Made by a program: the position numbers and the translations under genes
Shown here: in pieces, positions 9,850 to 20,014 of the stretch
Layout: each line of letters begins with the position of its first letter
Position numbering within the stretch: position 1 is the stretch's first letter
Source: an uncultured Verrucomicrobiae bacterium
GTDB taxonomy: Bacteria; Verrucomicrobiota; Verrucomicrobiia; Chthoniobacterales; UBA10450
Direction: 5' to 3'
NCBI GenBank assembly: GCA_963756875.1
Contig: CAVWPA010000001.1
Span: 32,001 to 96,000, forward strand
Length of the DNA: 64,000 nt
Notes under the pieces: model-generated
Database searches by the model: none
What the model was told of the DNA's origin: nothing
Seen by the model: only the letters and a program-made list of their open reading frames with translations

Positions 9850-10704
9850 ATGGCCGCTGAAGATAGCGATACAGGAATTAAAATTTATTTGCGCGAGATC
9901 GGGCAAATCCCGCTCTTGACGCCGCAGCAGGAGATTGAGCTCGCCGCCAAGATCAAGAAAGGCGATCGGGAGGCGCGCGCGCTCATGATTCGGTCCAACC
10001 TGCGTTTGGTCGTCAAGATTGCGCACGACTACGCCAATCTCGGGCTGCCGTTGCTCGATTTGATCTCGGAAGGCAACATCGGTTTGATGAAGGCGGTCGA
10101 ACGCTTCGATCCTGCCAAGGGCGGCAAGCTGAGCACTTACGCCGCGTGGTGGATCAAGCAGTCGATCAAGCGCGCCCTGGCCAACCAGAGCAAGACGATC
10201 CGCCTGCCTGTCCATCTGGTGGACAAAATCTCCAAGATGCGCCGCGTTTCGCTGCAGATGAGCGAGGAACTCGGCCGCGAGCCGACCGACGAGGAACTCG
10301 GCGAGGAAATCGGAATTGCGAGCGGAAAAGTTTCACAACTTAAAACCGTGTCGATCCGGCCCGCCTCACTCGATGCGCCCATCAGCGACGATGATTCGAC
10401 CGAGTTTGGCGAAATCGTCGGTGACGAGGAAGCCCAGACGCCGTTTGAGCTCTTGCGGGACAAAAATTTGCGCAACGAGGTCGGAGGCTTGCTCGATGTC
10501 CTCGACGATCGCGAGAAGAAAATCATCTTCCAGCGGTTCGGGCTCGATGGCGGCAAACCGAAGACGCTCGAGGAAGTCGGCAAGAAATTTGGTGTGACCC
10601 GCGAGCGCATTCGCCAGCTGCAAAACATTGCGCTTTCGAAGCTGCGTCGCGCGCTTGGCAAAAAAGAGCGCCCGGTGGACGTCGAATTGCCGGTCGAAGC
10701 GTAA
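9850..10704 (+). CDS. RNA polymerase sigma-70 factor, RpoD/RpoS-like, lacking region 1.1
   Basis: YLREIG, NLRLVVKIA, DLISEGNIGLMKAVERFD, STYAAWWIKQ, TLEEVGKKFGVTRERIRQ. Confidence 0.93.
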   Translation: MAAEDSDTGIKIYLREIGQIPLLTPQQEIELAAKIKKGDREARALMIRSNLRLVVKIAHDYANLGLPLLDLISEGNIGLMKAVERFDPAKGGKLSTYAAWWIKQSIKRALANQSKTIRLPVHLVDKISKMRRVSLQMSEELGREPTDEELGEEIGIASGKVSQLKTVSIRPASLDAPISDDDSTEFGEIVGDEEAQTPFELLRDKNLRNEVGGLLDVLDDREKKIIFQRFGLDGGKPKTLEEVGKKFGVTRERIRQLQNIALSKLRRALGKKERPVDVELPVEA

Positions 10705-10705
10705 A

Positions 10706-10754
10706 GTGGCGTGGGCTTCCAGCCCATGATTATCGGCAAGATGCCGATGCCGCT
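10706..10754. repeat. REP-like doublet between convergent sigma and pyk genes
   Basis: gtggcgtgggc-ttcca-gcccatg ... atcggc-aagat-gccgat-gccgc. Confidence 0.7.
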
Positions 10755-10755
10755 T

Positions 10756-12159
10756 TTATTTGATCGTCCGCAGCTGTACGGTATCGACCAGTGTTTTGCC
10801 GGCGAGCAGGTCGGTGATAATGACGAGATTGTCGCCGGACGCCGCAAGGCGGTGATTGCGCAAAAATGTTTCCGCGGCATCGATGGTAACATTGGGATCA
10901 TCGGTGAATTCAATGCGCACCGGGTAAACGCCCCAGCACAGAGATAGTTGTCGCCGCACTTCTTCGCTCGGCGTGAAAGCGAAGATCGGCGCGTGCTCGG
11001 GACGCAGGTTCGACACATATCGCGCCATCCTGCCGTGCCGCGTAAAAGCGATCAGTTTCGATTGGCGCAGCGAATTGGCCAGAACGACAGCTGAAGCTAC
11101 CGTCTTCTGACGCGCGGTTTCGAGCACCACGCCTTCAGCGTACCCCGCGCCGCCACTGCGCTCGATCCGGACCGCCACGCGATTCATGACCTCGACGCAT
11201 TCGACCGGATAGCGGCCCACCGTCGTTTCGCCGCTTAACATGATGGCGTCCGCCTGCTCGAACACCGCGTTCGCAACATCGGTAATCTCGGCCCGCGTCG
11301 GCAGCGGATTCGAAATCATCGATTCGAGCAACTGCGTCGCTACTACCACCGGTTTGCCAAAGCGAATGCAACTCTTCACAATCCGCCGTTGAATGATCGG
11401 CAACTCTTCCATCGGGCATTCAATACCGAGATCGCCGCGCGCAACCATGATTGCATCCGCGCCCGCAATCATTTTGTCGATCGAACGAACCGCGAGTTGA
11501 TCCTCGATCTTGGCCACGATCAGCGCCTTGCTTTTCCTTTTGGCCAACAGTTTGCGCAACTGATCAATATCGCTCTTTTCGCGGACAAAACTCAAAGCCA
11601 CAAAATCGACCCCCAGCTCCACGCCGAGCGCAACATCAGCAATGTCCTTTTTCGTCAACGGTGGAAGGTTCACCCGCACGCCGGGCAGATTAATATGACG
11701 CCGCGAACCGAGTGTAGCGCGTGTCAAAACTTTGCAGCGCACGCGGTTCTTTCCCTTTTCCAGCACGAGCATCTTGATCAGGCCGCTGTCCACCAGGATC
11801 GTGTTGCCCACCGTCAGGTCATCGACGAACCCGTCGTAATTTACATCCACCGAGAAGCGCTCTTTGCTCTTCGCGCCCCGCACGGTGAATTCGAGAATGT
11901 CGCCCGGCTTCAAATAAAGGTTCGTTTTCACGTCGCCGGTTCGAATGGCAGGGCCTTGCGTGTCGAGCAAAATTCCGACCGGCCGCGCCTGCTCATCGGC
12001 CAGCTTTCGAATGAGCGGTACAATCTCGCGGACCCATTCGTGCGTCGCATGGCTCATGTTTAAACGAAAGACGTCCGCGCCGTTTGCGATCAATTGCGCC
12101 AGCATCTCCGGTTTCTCGGTGGCCGGCCCAAGCGTGCAGATGATTTTCGTCTTGCGCAC
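10756..12159 (-). CDS. pyk: Pyruvate kinase
   Basis: RKTKIICTLGP, FRLNMSH, DTQGP, MVARGDLG, ATQLLESM, DAIMLSGET. Confidence 0.96.
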   Translation of the reverse strand: MRKTKIICTLGPATEKPEMLAQLIANGADVFRLNMSHATHEWVREIVPLIRKLADEQARPVGILLDTQGPAIRTGDVKTNLYLKPGDILEFTVRGAKSKERFSVDVNYDGFVDDLTVGNTILVDSGLIKMLVLEKGKNRVRCKVLTRATLGSRRHINLPGVRVNLPPLTKKDIADVALGVELGVDFVALSFVREKSDIDQLRKLLAKRKSKALIVAKIEDQLAVRSIDKMIAGADAIMVARGDLGIECPMEELPIIQRRIVKSCIRFGKPVVVATQLLESMISNPLPTRAEITDVANAVFEQADAIMLSGETTVGRYPVECVEVMNRVAVRIERSGGAGYAEGVVLETARQKTVASAVVLANSLRQSKLIAFTRHGRMARYVSNLRPEHAPIFAFTPSEEVRRQLSLCWGVYPVRIEFTDDPNVTIDAAETFLRNHRLAASGDNLVIITDLLAGKTLVDTVQLRTIK

Positions 12160-12234
12160 GCTGAAGAGAATTCAGTGTGGCGACGCAAAAGCAAAGCGCT
12201 TTTGTTGCTCAAAACCAACAGGACACCTCTTCTA

Positions 12235-12260
12235 CCGGGGTCGGCGACCCCGGCTGCAAC
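12235..12260. repeat. REP-like hairpin (same family as 43513-43542)
   Basis: ccggggtcggcgaccccggctgcaac vs ccgcggtcggcgaccccggctacaac. Confidence 0.75.
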
Positions 12261-13677
12261 TTATGCCTGCGATAATCCCTGTCCGTAGGAACTTTCCACG
12301 CGTTCCGCCACATCTTTGTAGCCGTAGTCCGCTTCGTAGATTTGCTTCATGCAATTGAGCGACTTTTCGTGTTCGCTCATTTGATCGAAAACCAGGCCAA
12401 GATTGTAGACGATCTCCTTCTTCATTGCGTCCATCGACAGGATCTCCTTTGCCGCGCCTTCAAATTGCTTCATCGCCAGATCAAGCATGCCGAGCTCGCG
12501 ATAACAAAGTCCCAGCAGGTTCATCGCTTTCAGGCGCGCATTGGGATTTTGCCGCGCCCTCTGCAACTCGGGCAGCGCCTCGCGATAATTCCCCGCGTTC
12601 ATCAGATGCTGGCCAAGCTCGAACCGCAATTGCAAATCGGTTGGGTTGTGCTCCACGCGTTTCTGCGCTTCGTCGATTAACATTTCGGCCCGCTTCTTTT
12701 TCGCTCCCTTCAGTTCCTCGGCGCGCTTCGCGCAGGAAGGATCGTCCGGGCGATGGCTCGCCAGAAACTCTTCGTGCGCGGCGATTTCCTGCTCGGCCCG
12801 TTTCATTTTTAAATCGGAGACTTTCCGCACAAGCCCGGTGTCGCTGCCACTCGTTAAGTCCGCTGCGTACTGATACCACTGGATGGCGGACTCGAGGTCC
12901 TCCTTCTGTTCGTTCAATGTCCCCAGGCGACGGGCCAGATCGACATTTCGCGGCTCGGCCTGATGCCGCGCATAGGTTTCCTCGAGTTGTTGATCGAGCG
13001 ATTCGCCGCTTAAATGGCCGCGGGCCTTGCTGCTCGAGCGAAATGGCGGCTTGTTTGTCCTTGATCAAATCGCGATAACTTTCCGCCTGGGTCCATCCGC
13101 CGGTTTTCATGGAAGCGCGCGCCGAGGCATCTTTTCCCAAACGCAACGCTGCCGCGTCCAGGGGATCGATTTCCACGATGCGATTATAAACTTCGACCTC
13201 TTCGTCACTTTGACCCATCTCATGATGTAACTGTCCCAACTCGTTCAGCACCTTCACGTCGCGCGCGTTCTCTTCCAGGAGCGTCTGCAACGCGAAGACA
13301 CCGATTTCGGGCCAGCCGGCCGCAACGGCCGCCTCTTTTAACACCAGGTTCCCTTGTCGATGGAACGGCTCGTCTTCCAAAACCTTTTCAATCATTTCCA
13401 CGGCCCGCTTCGGATCCTTCTTGATTTCGCGTTGCGCTTTCATCACCGCGAGCGGCGCCGTCGATATGTTGAAGAAACTCTTCTTGGTCGCTCGATGTTT
13501 GGTTATCTCGGTGCGTCGCAGCAGTTGCCGGCCGGTGAGGAACTCCGGTTCCCGCTTCAAGATTCCCTGCAACAGCGAGATGGCGTATCCGAAATTGCGC
13601 AACTCAATCGCCGCCACCGCCTTGAGCCAGTGGCTGTGCTGCGTTTCGGTGAGCTCTTTTTCGGTCTTAACAGCCAT
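12261..13677 (-). CDS. TPR-repeat protein, split by a +1 frameshift near 13023
   Basis: ORFs 12481..13677 and 12261..12917 join into one helical TPR protein (SLEQQGRGHLSGESLDQQLEE) if one G of the run at 13022-13024 is removed; C-terminal Y.YKDV motif. Confidence 0.78.
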
Positions 13678-13773
13678 TCCAAACTTATTCTACCACTTTG
13701 TTTTTCGAGGCGAAGTCGCTCGCCGCCGAAGCCTTGCGACTGCGGGCGAAGTTGGGGGAGGAATTCCCTGCTG

Positions 13774-16353
13774 TCAAAGCAGATCCAACTGCGGTCTTTC
13801 CGATTTCATTTTGCTCGTTGCCGGTCTTCTCTTCGCTTTAACCGGGGTCTCGGTTCCGCTGTTCGGTCTCTCCAGATGCGAAAGAATGTCCTTCGCCCGA
13901 TCGAGAATTGCTTTCGGCAAACCGGCCAGGCGCGCCACCTGGATCCCGTAGCTTTTGTCCGCGCCGCCCGGCACGATTTTGCGCAGAAAAATAATCTGAT
14001 CGTTCCATTCACGAACCGCCACATTGAAATTGCAGACGCCGTCGCGTTCCTCGGCCAGCTTGGTCAGCTCGTGGTAATGCGTCGCAAATAACGTTCGCGC
14101 CTTGATGGTATCGTGCAGAAATTCCGCCACGCTCCAGGCGATCGAGAGTCCGTCGAATGTCGATGTTCCCCGGCCGATCTCGTCCAGGATGACCAGGCTG
14201 CGCTCCGTGGCGTTGTTGACGATGTTTGAGGTCTCGTTCATCTCCACCATGAAAGTGGACTGGCCACGCGCCAGATCGTCGTTCGCGCCGACGCGTGTGA
14301 AAATGCGATCGACCAGTCCGATCTCCGCGCTTTCCGCCGGAACGAAGCTGCCGATCTGCGCCATCAGCACAATCAACGCGACCTGGCGGATGTAAGTGGA
14401 TTTCCCCGCCATGTTCGGTCCGGTGATGATGGCCAGCCGCGTATTCTCGCCATCGAGCACGGTGTCGTTAGGCACGAATTTCTCTTCCACCAGATTTTGA
14501 TCGAGCACCGGATGCCGTCCGTCCTTAATCACAAGCTGCAGTGTCTCATTTAAAACCGGCCGGCAGTAACCAAAGAGCCGCGCCGTTTCCGCAAGCCCGC
14601 AGATCGCATCGAGAGTCGCGATCGCCGCAGCCGTCTGCTGGATCGGCCCAAGTTCGAGCACGGTTTCGTCGCGCAGTTTTTGAAAAAGCTGGTACTCGAG
14701 TTGGCGGGCGCGTTCATCCGCCCCGAGGATTTTCGCCTCCACTTCCTTTAGCTCCGGCGTGATGAAGCGCTCGCCGCCGACGGTCGTCTGTTTGCGCGTG
14801 TAGCGCTCCGGCACGCTGGCCAGATTCGATTTGGTGATCTCAATGAAATAACCGAAGACCGAGTTGTAACGCACTTTGAGCGACTTGATGCCAGTGGCTG
14901 CGATCTCGCGCTCCTGCAATTGGTTGATCCAGTCTTTGCCATCGCGCGATGCCCGCCGCAGCTCATCGAGATCAGCGTCGTAATTGTCGCGAAAAATTCC
15001 GCCTTCTTTAAGCGTCAACGGCGGATCGTCCACAACAGCTGCGGCCAGTTTTTCGGCCAGCGCCGGCATTTCCTGAATCTCATTTTGCAATTCTTGCTGT
15101 AGTGGCAGGCGTGTCGCCTGCTTCTTCTGGGGAATTGCAGCCGACACGGCTGCCGCTACAGAATTCGTCGGACCCCGCGACTGCGGGCGCGAAACGTCCC
15201 TACCTGTTCCGAATTCGCTTCGCTCGATCAATTTCTGCAATTCGGCTTTCAGTTTCGGGATTTGTTGCAACGACGTTTTCAGCGCCACCAAATCGCGCCC
15301 GTTGCCCGAAGCCTGGCTCAATCGTCCCGTCGCGCGTTCGATATCGCGGATCGATTTCAATTCGGCGCGAATCGACGCCAGCAGATCCGGTTCCTGCAAC
15401 AGATCGGCGATCATTTGCTGGCGGCATTCCAGCTCGGCCAGATTGCGTAACGGTTGCAAAATCCACGCGCGCAATTTGCGGCCGCCCATCGGCGTAATCG
15501 TTCGGTCGAGTACCGCCAGAAGACTGATATCGCGTGCGCTGCGTGATTCGACCAACTCGAGATTGGTTTGCGTGGCCGCGTCGAGCACGACGTAATCCGC
15601 CGGTGCATCGCAGCGCAACGAAGCAAGATGATCGATTTTTCGCCGCAACTGGTGCTTTAAATAATGCACGATCGCGCCTGCGGCTGCCACAGCCTGCGGC
15701 ATTTCTTCGCATCCAAATCCATCGAGCGATTTGACCTTAAAATGTTCGCGCAACGTGAAGACGGCCTGGTCCGGCAGGAAAGCGTAGCTGTCGTAGCCGA
15801 GCGCGTCCTCGATTTCGCCGAAAGTTTCTTTCTGCTCTTCGCTGACAAGCAATTCCGCCGGGCCGACGCGTGCCAGCTCGTCGAGTAGCCCTTGTCGATC
15901 GTGCGCCTGGGTCAATCGAAACTCACCCGTGCTCAGGTCCGCATACGCAAATCCAAACACGCCGCTATCGACATAGACCGCGCCGAGATAATTTGCGCGT
16001 TTAGATTCGAGCAGATCCAAATCGCTCACCGTGCCCGCGCTGACGATTTGGGTGATATCGCGCGAAACAATTTTGCCGGGCTGCGGTTCGCTGGTCTGAT
16101 CGCAAACAGCTACGCGCCGTCCGGCCTTGATCAACTTCGCGATGTAACCCTGAGCCGCGTGATACGGCATTCCGCACATTGGCACTCCGTTGCGTTTGGT
16201 CAGCGCGACATTGAGCAATCCCGACGCCTCCTTCGCATCCTCGAAAAACAGCTCGTAAAAATCGCCCAACCGAAAAAGCAGGAGCGTATCCGCCGGAATG
16301 CTGCTCCGCAGCCGCCGATACTGCTGCATCATCGGAGTAAGCGCATCCTGCAT
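13774..16353 (-). CDS. mutS: DNA mismatch repair protein MutS
   Basis: TPMMQQY, FRLGDFYELF, ITGPNMAGKSTY, STFMVEM, DEIGRGTST, ATHYHEL, SYGIQVA; carries an in-frame repeat-derived insert. Confidence 0.97.
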   Translation of the reverse strand: MQDALTPMMQQYRRLRSSIPADTLLLFRLGDFYELFFEDAKEASGLLNVALTKRNGVPMCGMPYHAAQGYIAKLIKAGRRVAVCDQTSEPQPGKIVSRDITQIVSAGTVSDLDLLESKRANYLGAVYVDSGVFGFAYADLSTGEFRLTQAHDRQGLLDELARVGPAELLVSEEQKETFGEIEDALGYDSYAFLPDQAVFTLREHFKVKSLDGFGCEEMPQAVAAAGAIVHYLKHQLRRKIDHLASLRCDAPADYVVLDAATQTNLELVESRSARDISLLAVLDRTITPMGGRKLRAWILQPLRNLAELECRQQMIADLLQEPDLLASIRAELKSIRDIERATGRLSQASGNGRDLVALKTSLQQIPKLKAELQKLIERSEFGTGRDVSRPQSRGPTNSVAAAVSAAIPQKKQATRLPLQQELQNEIQEMPALAEKLAAAVVDDPPLTLKEGGIFRDNYDADLDELRRASRDGKDWINQLQEREIAATGIKSLKVRYNSVFGYFIEITKSNLASVPERYTRKQTTVGGERFITPELKEVEAKILGADERARQLEYQLFQKLRDETVLELGPIQQTAAAIATLDAICGLAETARLFGYCRPVLNETLQLVIKDGRHPVLDQNLVEEKFVPNDTVLDGENTRLAIITGPNMAGKSTYIRQVALIVLMAQIGSFVPAESAEIGLVDRIFTRVGANDDLARGQSTFMVEMNETSNIVNNATERSLVILDEIGRGTSTFDGLSIAWSVAEFLHDTIKARTLFATHYHELTKLAEERDGVCNFNVAVREWNDQIIFLRKIVPGGADKSYGIQVARLAGLPKAILDRAKDILSHLERPNSGTETPVKAKRRPATSKMKSERPQLDLL
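15097..15161. repeat. GTAG-type REP doublet inserted in frame inside mutS
   Basis: CTGTAGTGGCAGGCG-tgt-CGCCTGC / GCAGCCG-aca-CGGCTGCCGCTACAG inverted arms. Confidence 0.9.
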
Positions 16354-16404
16354 CCTGTGATTATCCGCGATACTGACCGTCAGGAAAAGCTTGTTGAATC
16401 AACT

Positions 16405-16530
16405 CCGGGGAGCGCACGCGCCTCGCGTGCTGGTCATGGCGCCTCGCCATGACCCCGTTCCGGCTTCGACATTGAGCGTTGGGCGTTCGACGCTTGCCGC
16501 GCCGTAGCCTTGGCGGAGGCGGGTTGAACC
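16405..16530. repeat. Composite repeat: GGAG-type arm, 7-nt periodic repeat and nested 30-bp module
   Basis: ggggagcgcacgcgcctcgcgtgc; ttgagcg-ttgggcg-ttcgacg; cttgccgcgccgtagccttggcggaggcggg. Confidence 0.75.
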
Positions 16531-16543
16531 TTTTCTTCCTGTT

Positions 16544-17563
16544 TCACCCCCGCACTGTTTTCATCCCGTGCCGGATGATCCGGTCGATCAATTGCGGATA
16601 CGCCAGGCCCGCCCTGCCCGCCGCGAGCGCGAAATCTTCATCCTCCGCAAGATGCGGATTTGGGTTTGCCTCGATGAAATACACGTCGTTGTCCGCACTT
16701 AGCCGCAGGTCGATGCGCGCGTAGCCGTCGATCGTCAGGAGGCGGTAGATGCGTTTGCACGTCTCCTCGATATGCGAGACCAGCGCGGGATCGAGATTTT
16801 CAGCGAACTGGTTCTCCAGACCCCATCGTTTGCGATATTCGTCGTCCCACTTCGCCTTGAAAGTCGCAATCTTTGGTTCGTTCGGCGGCACTTCGCGAAA
16901 GACAAGCTCGCGGATCGGAAAAACGGTCAACTTCACGTTACCCATCAAACTCACGTAAAGTTCGCGGCCTTCCACGTATTCCTCCGCTATCGCGTCGCTA
17001 TTGTATTTTTCGTGAATGAACGCGACCCGATCGCGAAACTGCTCGTCATTCTCGACAAACGACGCCCGCGAAATGCCGTAGGATGCTTCTTCCTTCACCG
17101 GTTTTACCAAAACCGGAAACCTCAGCTGTTTCGGACGTGCGATGCGCTGGCCACGCGGGACCACGACGAAGTTCGGAACGTGGATATGATGATAATGAAG
17201 GATCTTTTTCGAGATGCCCTTGTGCTTGCAAAGGGTCAGACCGGTTGAGCCGCAGCCGGTAAACGGCAGGCCCTGCATTTCGAAGAATGAAACGATGTTC
17301 TGATCGAATCCCGGGTTGTTCCTGAACTGCTCGACAAGGTTGAAGAGAGCGTCGGGCGCGAAAGTCTCCAGTTTTTGCCGCAGTAGATCGACGTCGTCGT
17401 AGATGGCCAGGTGCTCCGCCGTGTGACCGAGCGTGCCGAGCGCAGCCATGACGTTCGCCTCGGTTTTCCAATCCGGCGTCTTCATTTCCTTGCTGAAGTC
17501 CTGGTCGAGGGTCGTGGGACTTGTGCCGTCGAAAAGCACGAGGACTTTGAGTTTCTTTTTCAC
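16544..17563 (-). CDS. D-Ala-D-Ala ligase-like ATP-grasp protein
   Basis: PFTGC, KGISKKIL, VLVKP..EEASYGI, EEYVEGRE, GYARIDLR, IEANPNP; lacks the canonical Ddl N-terminal GG.S.E motif. Confidence 0.85.
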   Translation of the reverse strand: MKKKLKVLVLFDGTSPTTLDQDFSKEMKTPDWKTEANVMAALGTLGHTAEHLAIYDDVDLLRQKLETFAPDALFNLVEQFRNNPGFDQNIVSFFEMQGLPFTGCGSTGLTLCKHKGISKKILHYHHIHVPNFVVVPRGQRIARPKQLRFPVLVKPVKEEASYGISRASFVENDEQFRDRVAFIHEKYNSDAIAEEYVEGRELYVSLMGNVKLTVFPIRELVFREVPPNEPKIATFKAKWDDEYRKRWGLENQFAENLDPALVSHIEETCKRIYRLLTIDGYARIDLRLSADNDVYFIEANPNPHLAEDEDFALAAGRAGLAYPQLIDRIIRHGMKTVRG

Positions 17564-17568
17564 GTTTG

Positions 17569-18585
17569 CTATTTGGTGCGCTTGAACTTGCCGGTAAAAA
17601 GATAATTCATCACCAGCGTCGTAATAAAAGCGCTTACTCGAAAATCCTGCTGCGGATCGTCGTTGAGCACGTGGAGATCGAGTTCGTCACAACGATCGAT
17701 GAGGCGCGCCAGGAGTTTGTTCACCCGGAATTTCTTTTCGTTTGTCCACTGGCAGACTGAGTTTAACAGGCGCCGCCGCGTTCGGCGCAGATACGAGCTG
17801 GCGTAGATCCGGCCGGGGCCGGCCTGCGCCGAAAAAAGCTGCCGGAGATCGGCGTCGTAGAAGTCCGGATAGGTATCTTCGTAAAGTTTTCGTTTACGCG
17901 CGTAATAGGTCTTGAGCTTGACGTTCAGACAATCGTAATCGGCCACGCGATACTTCGGCGTATGTACTGGCGGCACCCCCGCCAGGGACTTCATCAACTC
18001 GTCGATGTATTCGAGCTTCTGCAACGCTTTCCAGCCGGTGTAACGCGCGCGCCAATCGAGTTCCGGCGTAAGCCAGATCGCAAACGTCTCCGCGAAGTCT
18101 TCGTCCGGATGCGCCTGCGCATACCAGTCGTCGAGATGCATGACGTAACCGCGGCTGAACGGACGCGGCCGATAAAAGGTCGGCGTTTCCTTGTCCGACG
18201 TTTGTCCGAAATTCTGTTGCCACTTCTTCTTACGCTGAAGCTGGTATGCGTAGCTATAAGCGTGCGCCGCCTCGTGCCGCATCAGTTTCATGAACCATTC
18301 CTTGGTCCCGCCTTCGACTTCGAGCATCAACGTCCGCTCCAGTGCGCGCAGCCGATCGTGGACAAGGAAAAACGGGATAAAGATCGCCGGGATCCCGATC
18401 GGCACGAACCATTCATCGCCGATGTGACACGGCGGATGAAACACAAGCCCATGGGCCGAGAGCTCGTTGTAAACCTCCCGGATAAGCGGCTCCAGCGGTG
18501 TCCCCTCCAGTCGCAAACCCAGCGTCGAAATGCGATGTTCGAGAAGATCTTGATCGCTTAGTTGTGCCCAGTCGGGTGCATCCAT
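17569..18585 (-). CDS. Putative zinc-binding metallopeptidase
   Basis: RHEAAH (HExxH) and downstream YAQAHPDEDFAETF. Confidence 0.78.
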   Translation of the reverse strand: MDAPDWAQLSDQDLLEHRISTLGLRLEGTPLEPLIREVYNELSAHGLVFHPPCHIGDEWFVPIGIPAIFIPFFLVHDRLRALERTLMLEVEGGTKEWFMKLMRHEAAHAYSYAYQLQRKKKWQQNFGQTSDKETPTFYRPRPFSRGYVMHLDDWYAQAHPDEDFAETFAIWLTPELDWRARYTGWKALQKLEYIDELMKSLAGVPPVHTPKYRVADYDCLNVKLKTYYARKRKLYEDTYPDFYDADLRQLFSAQAGPGRIYASSYLRRTRRRLLNSVCQWTNEKKFRVNKLLARLIDRCDELDLHVLNDDPQQDFRVSAFITTLVMNYLFTGKFKRTK

Positions 18586-18864
18586 TTTCAGTCTCTCAGC
18601 AATTAGCTATCAACCATCAACTGCATTTGGTCTCTCAACGACGCCCAATCGGCAGCTTCCATCTCGCGCACGGTATCACCGGGCGGCATACTGTCACGCC
18701 TTTGCACAATGCCGTCAGAGTCGGACTTGCAGTCTGACCGCGCTGGCGGTTCGAGCTCGCCGCGGGACAAGTCCGTCCGATCGGCGGACCGGACCGGCGT
18801 TATGGAATTGGAATAAAGGCCGTGCCTCTTGCATCAGAGCAGATCAAGGCAGAAGACAAGCATC

Positions 18865-19812
18865 ATGAACGATTCGTCGCGGGATATCCTGGATTGCATC
18901 GGCGACACCTCTTTGCTGCCCTTGCGCAAGATCGCGCCGAAGAACGGCGCCCGCATTTTGCTGAAGCTGGAGAGCGAGAATCCCACGGGGAGCATGAAGG
19001 ACCGGATGGCCCTGGCCATGATCGAAGCGGCCGCGGCGGACGGGCGTCTCAAACCGGGCGGTTCGGTTGTCGAGTATACCGGCGGCAGCACCGGTGTGTC
19101 GCTCTCTCTCATCTGCGCGGTGAAGGGTTATCCCCTGCATATCGTGAGTTCGGATGCCTTTTCCAAAGAGAAACTCGATCACATGAAAATTCTGGGGGCC
19201 AGATTGGAAATCGTCAAAAGCGAGAGCGGAGGAATGACGGAGAAACTGACCCGGGACATGGTTGAAGCCGCCCGCCTCATTACCGAAAAAACCGGAGGCT
19301 TCTGGACCGATCAGTTGAAGAACAAGGATCAACTCGCGGCCTACCACGAAATGGCGGAAGAAATCTGGAGTCAGACCGGTGGAAAGATCGATGGCTTTGT
19401 CCAGATGGTGGGGACCGCGGCGTCCCTGCGCGGTATCGGAGAGGATTTACGCGCTCATAATAAAGAGATCCGAATCGTTGCCGTAGAGCCCTCTGAATCT
19501 GCGGTTCTGTCGGGTGGGAAACCGGGTTCGCATAAAATTGACGGAGTCGGAGCGGGGTTCGTCGTGCCGCTCTGGACGAAAAGCGTTGCCGATCAGATTG
19601 ACCGGGTTTCCACGGAAGAGGCGATCGCCATGGCCATGCGACTTGCCCGGGAAGAAGGGCTCTTTGCGGGGACGTCCACTGGCGGCAATGTCGTTGCTGC
19701 TTTGCGATTGGCCGCACAACTGGGGCCAGACGCGACGGTTGTGACGATCATGTGCGACACCGGGATGAAATATCTCAAAACGTATGGGAACGCGTTAAAA
19801 AGCGCGTCGTGA
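18865..19812 (+). CDS. Cysteine synthase family PLP enzyme
   Basis: KLESENPTGSMKDR, TGGSTG, HKIDGVGAGF, EEGLFAGTSTG, CDTGMKYL. Confidence 0.88.
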   Translation: MNDSSRDILDCIGDTSLLPLRKIAPKNGARILLKLESENPTGSMKDRMALAMIEAAAADGRLKPGGSVVEYTGGSTGVSLSLICAVKGYPLHIVSSDAFSKEKLDHMKILGARLEIVKSESGGMTEKLTRDMVEAARLITEKTGGFWTDQLKNKDQLAAYHEMAEEIWSQTGGKIDGFVQMVGTAASLRGIGEDLRAHNKEIRIVAVEPSESAVLSGGKPGSHKIDGVGAGFVVPLWTKSVADQIDRVSTEEAIAMAMRLAREEGLFAGTSTGGNVVAALRLAAQLGPDATVVTIMCDTGMKYLKTYGNALKSAS

Positions 19813-19897
19813 TTGGTTAAATCGTTACAAGGTTACAAAGGGAAGATGGCGTCTGACGCTCCCAAGGGCTCCGCGAATGGGCAGGCTTCCACAAGAT

Positions 19898-20014
19898 TCC
19901 GGGGGAGCGCACACGCCCTCGCTGCTCGCTTCGGTGCTTCGCCGAAACATTTATCCCTAAAGTTCGCGGCGGCGGGGCGCCGTCGCCAGCACGCGAGGCG
20001 CGTGCGCTCCCGGA
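19898..20014. repeat. GGAG-type REP-like doublet
   Basis: tccgggggagcgcacacgccctcgc ... gcacgcgaggcgcgtgcgctcccgga. Confidence 0.85.
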
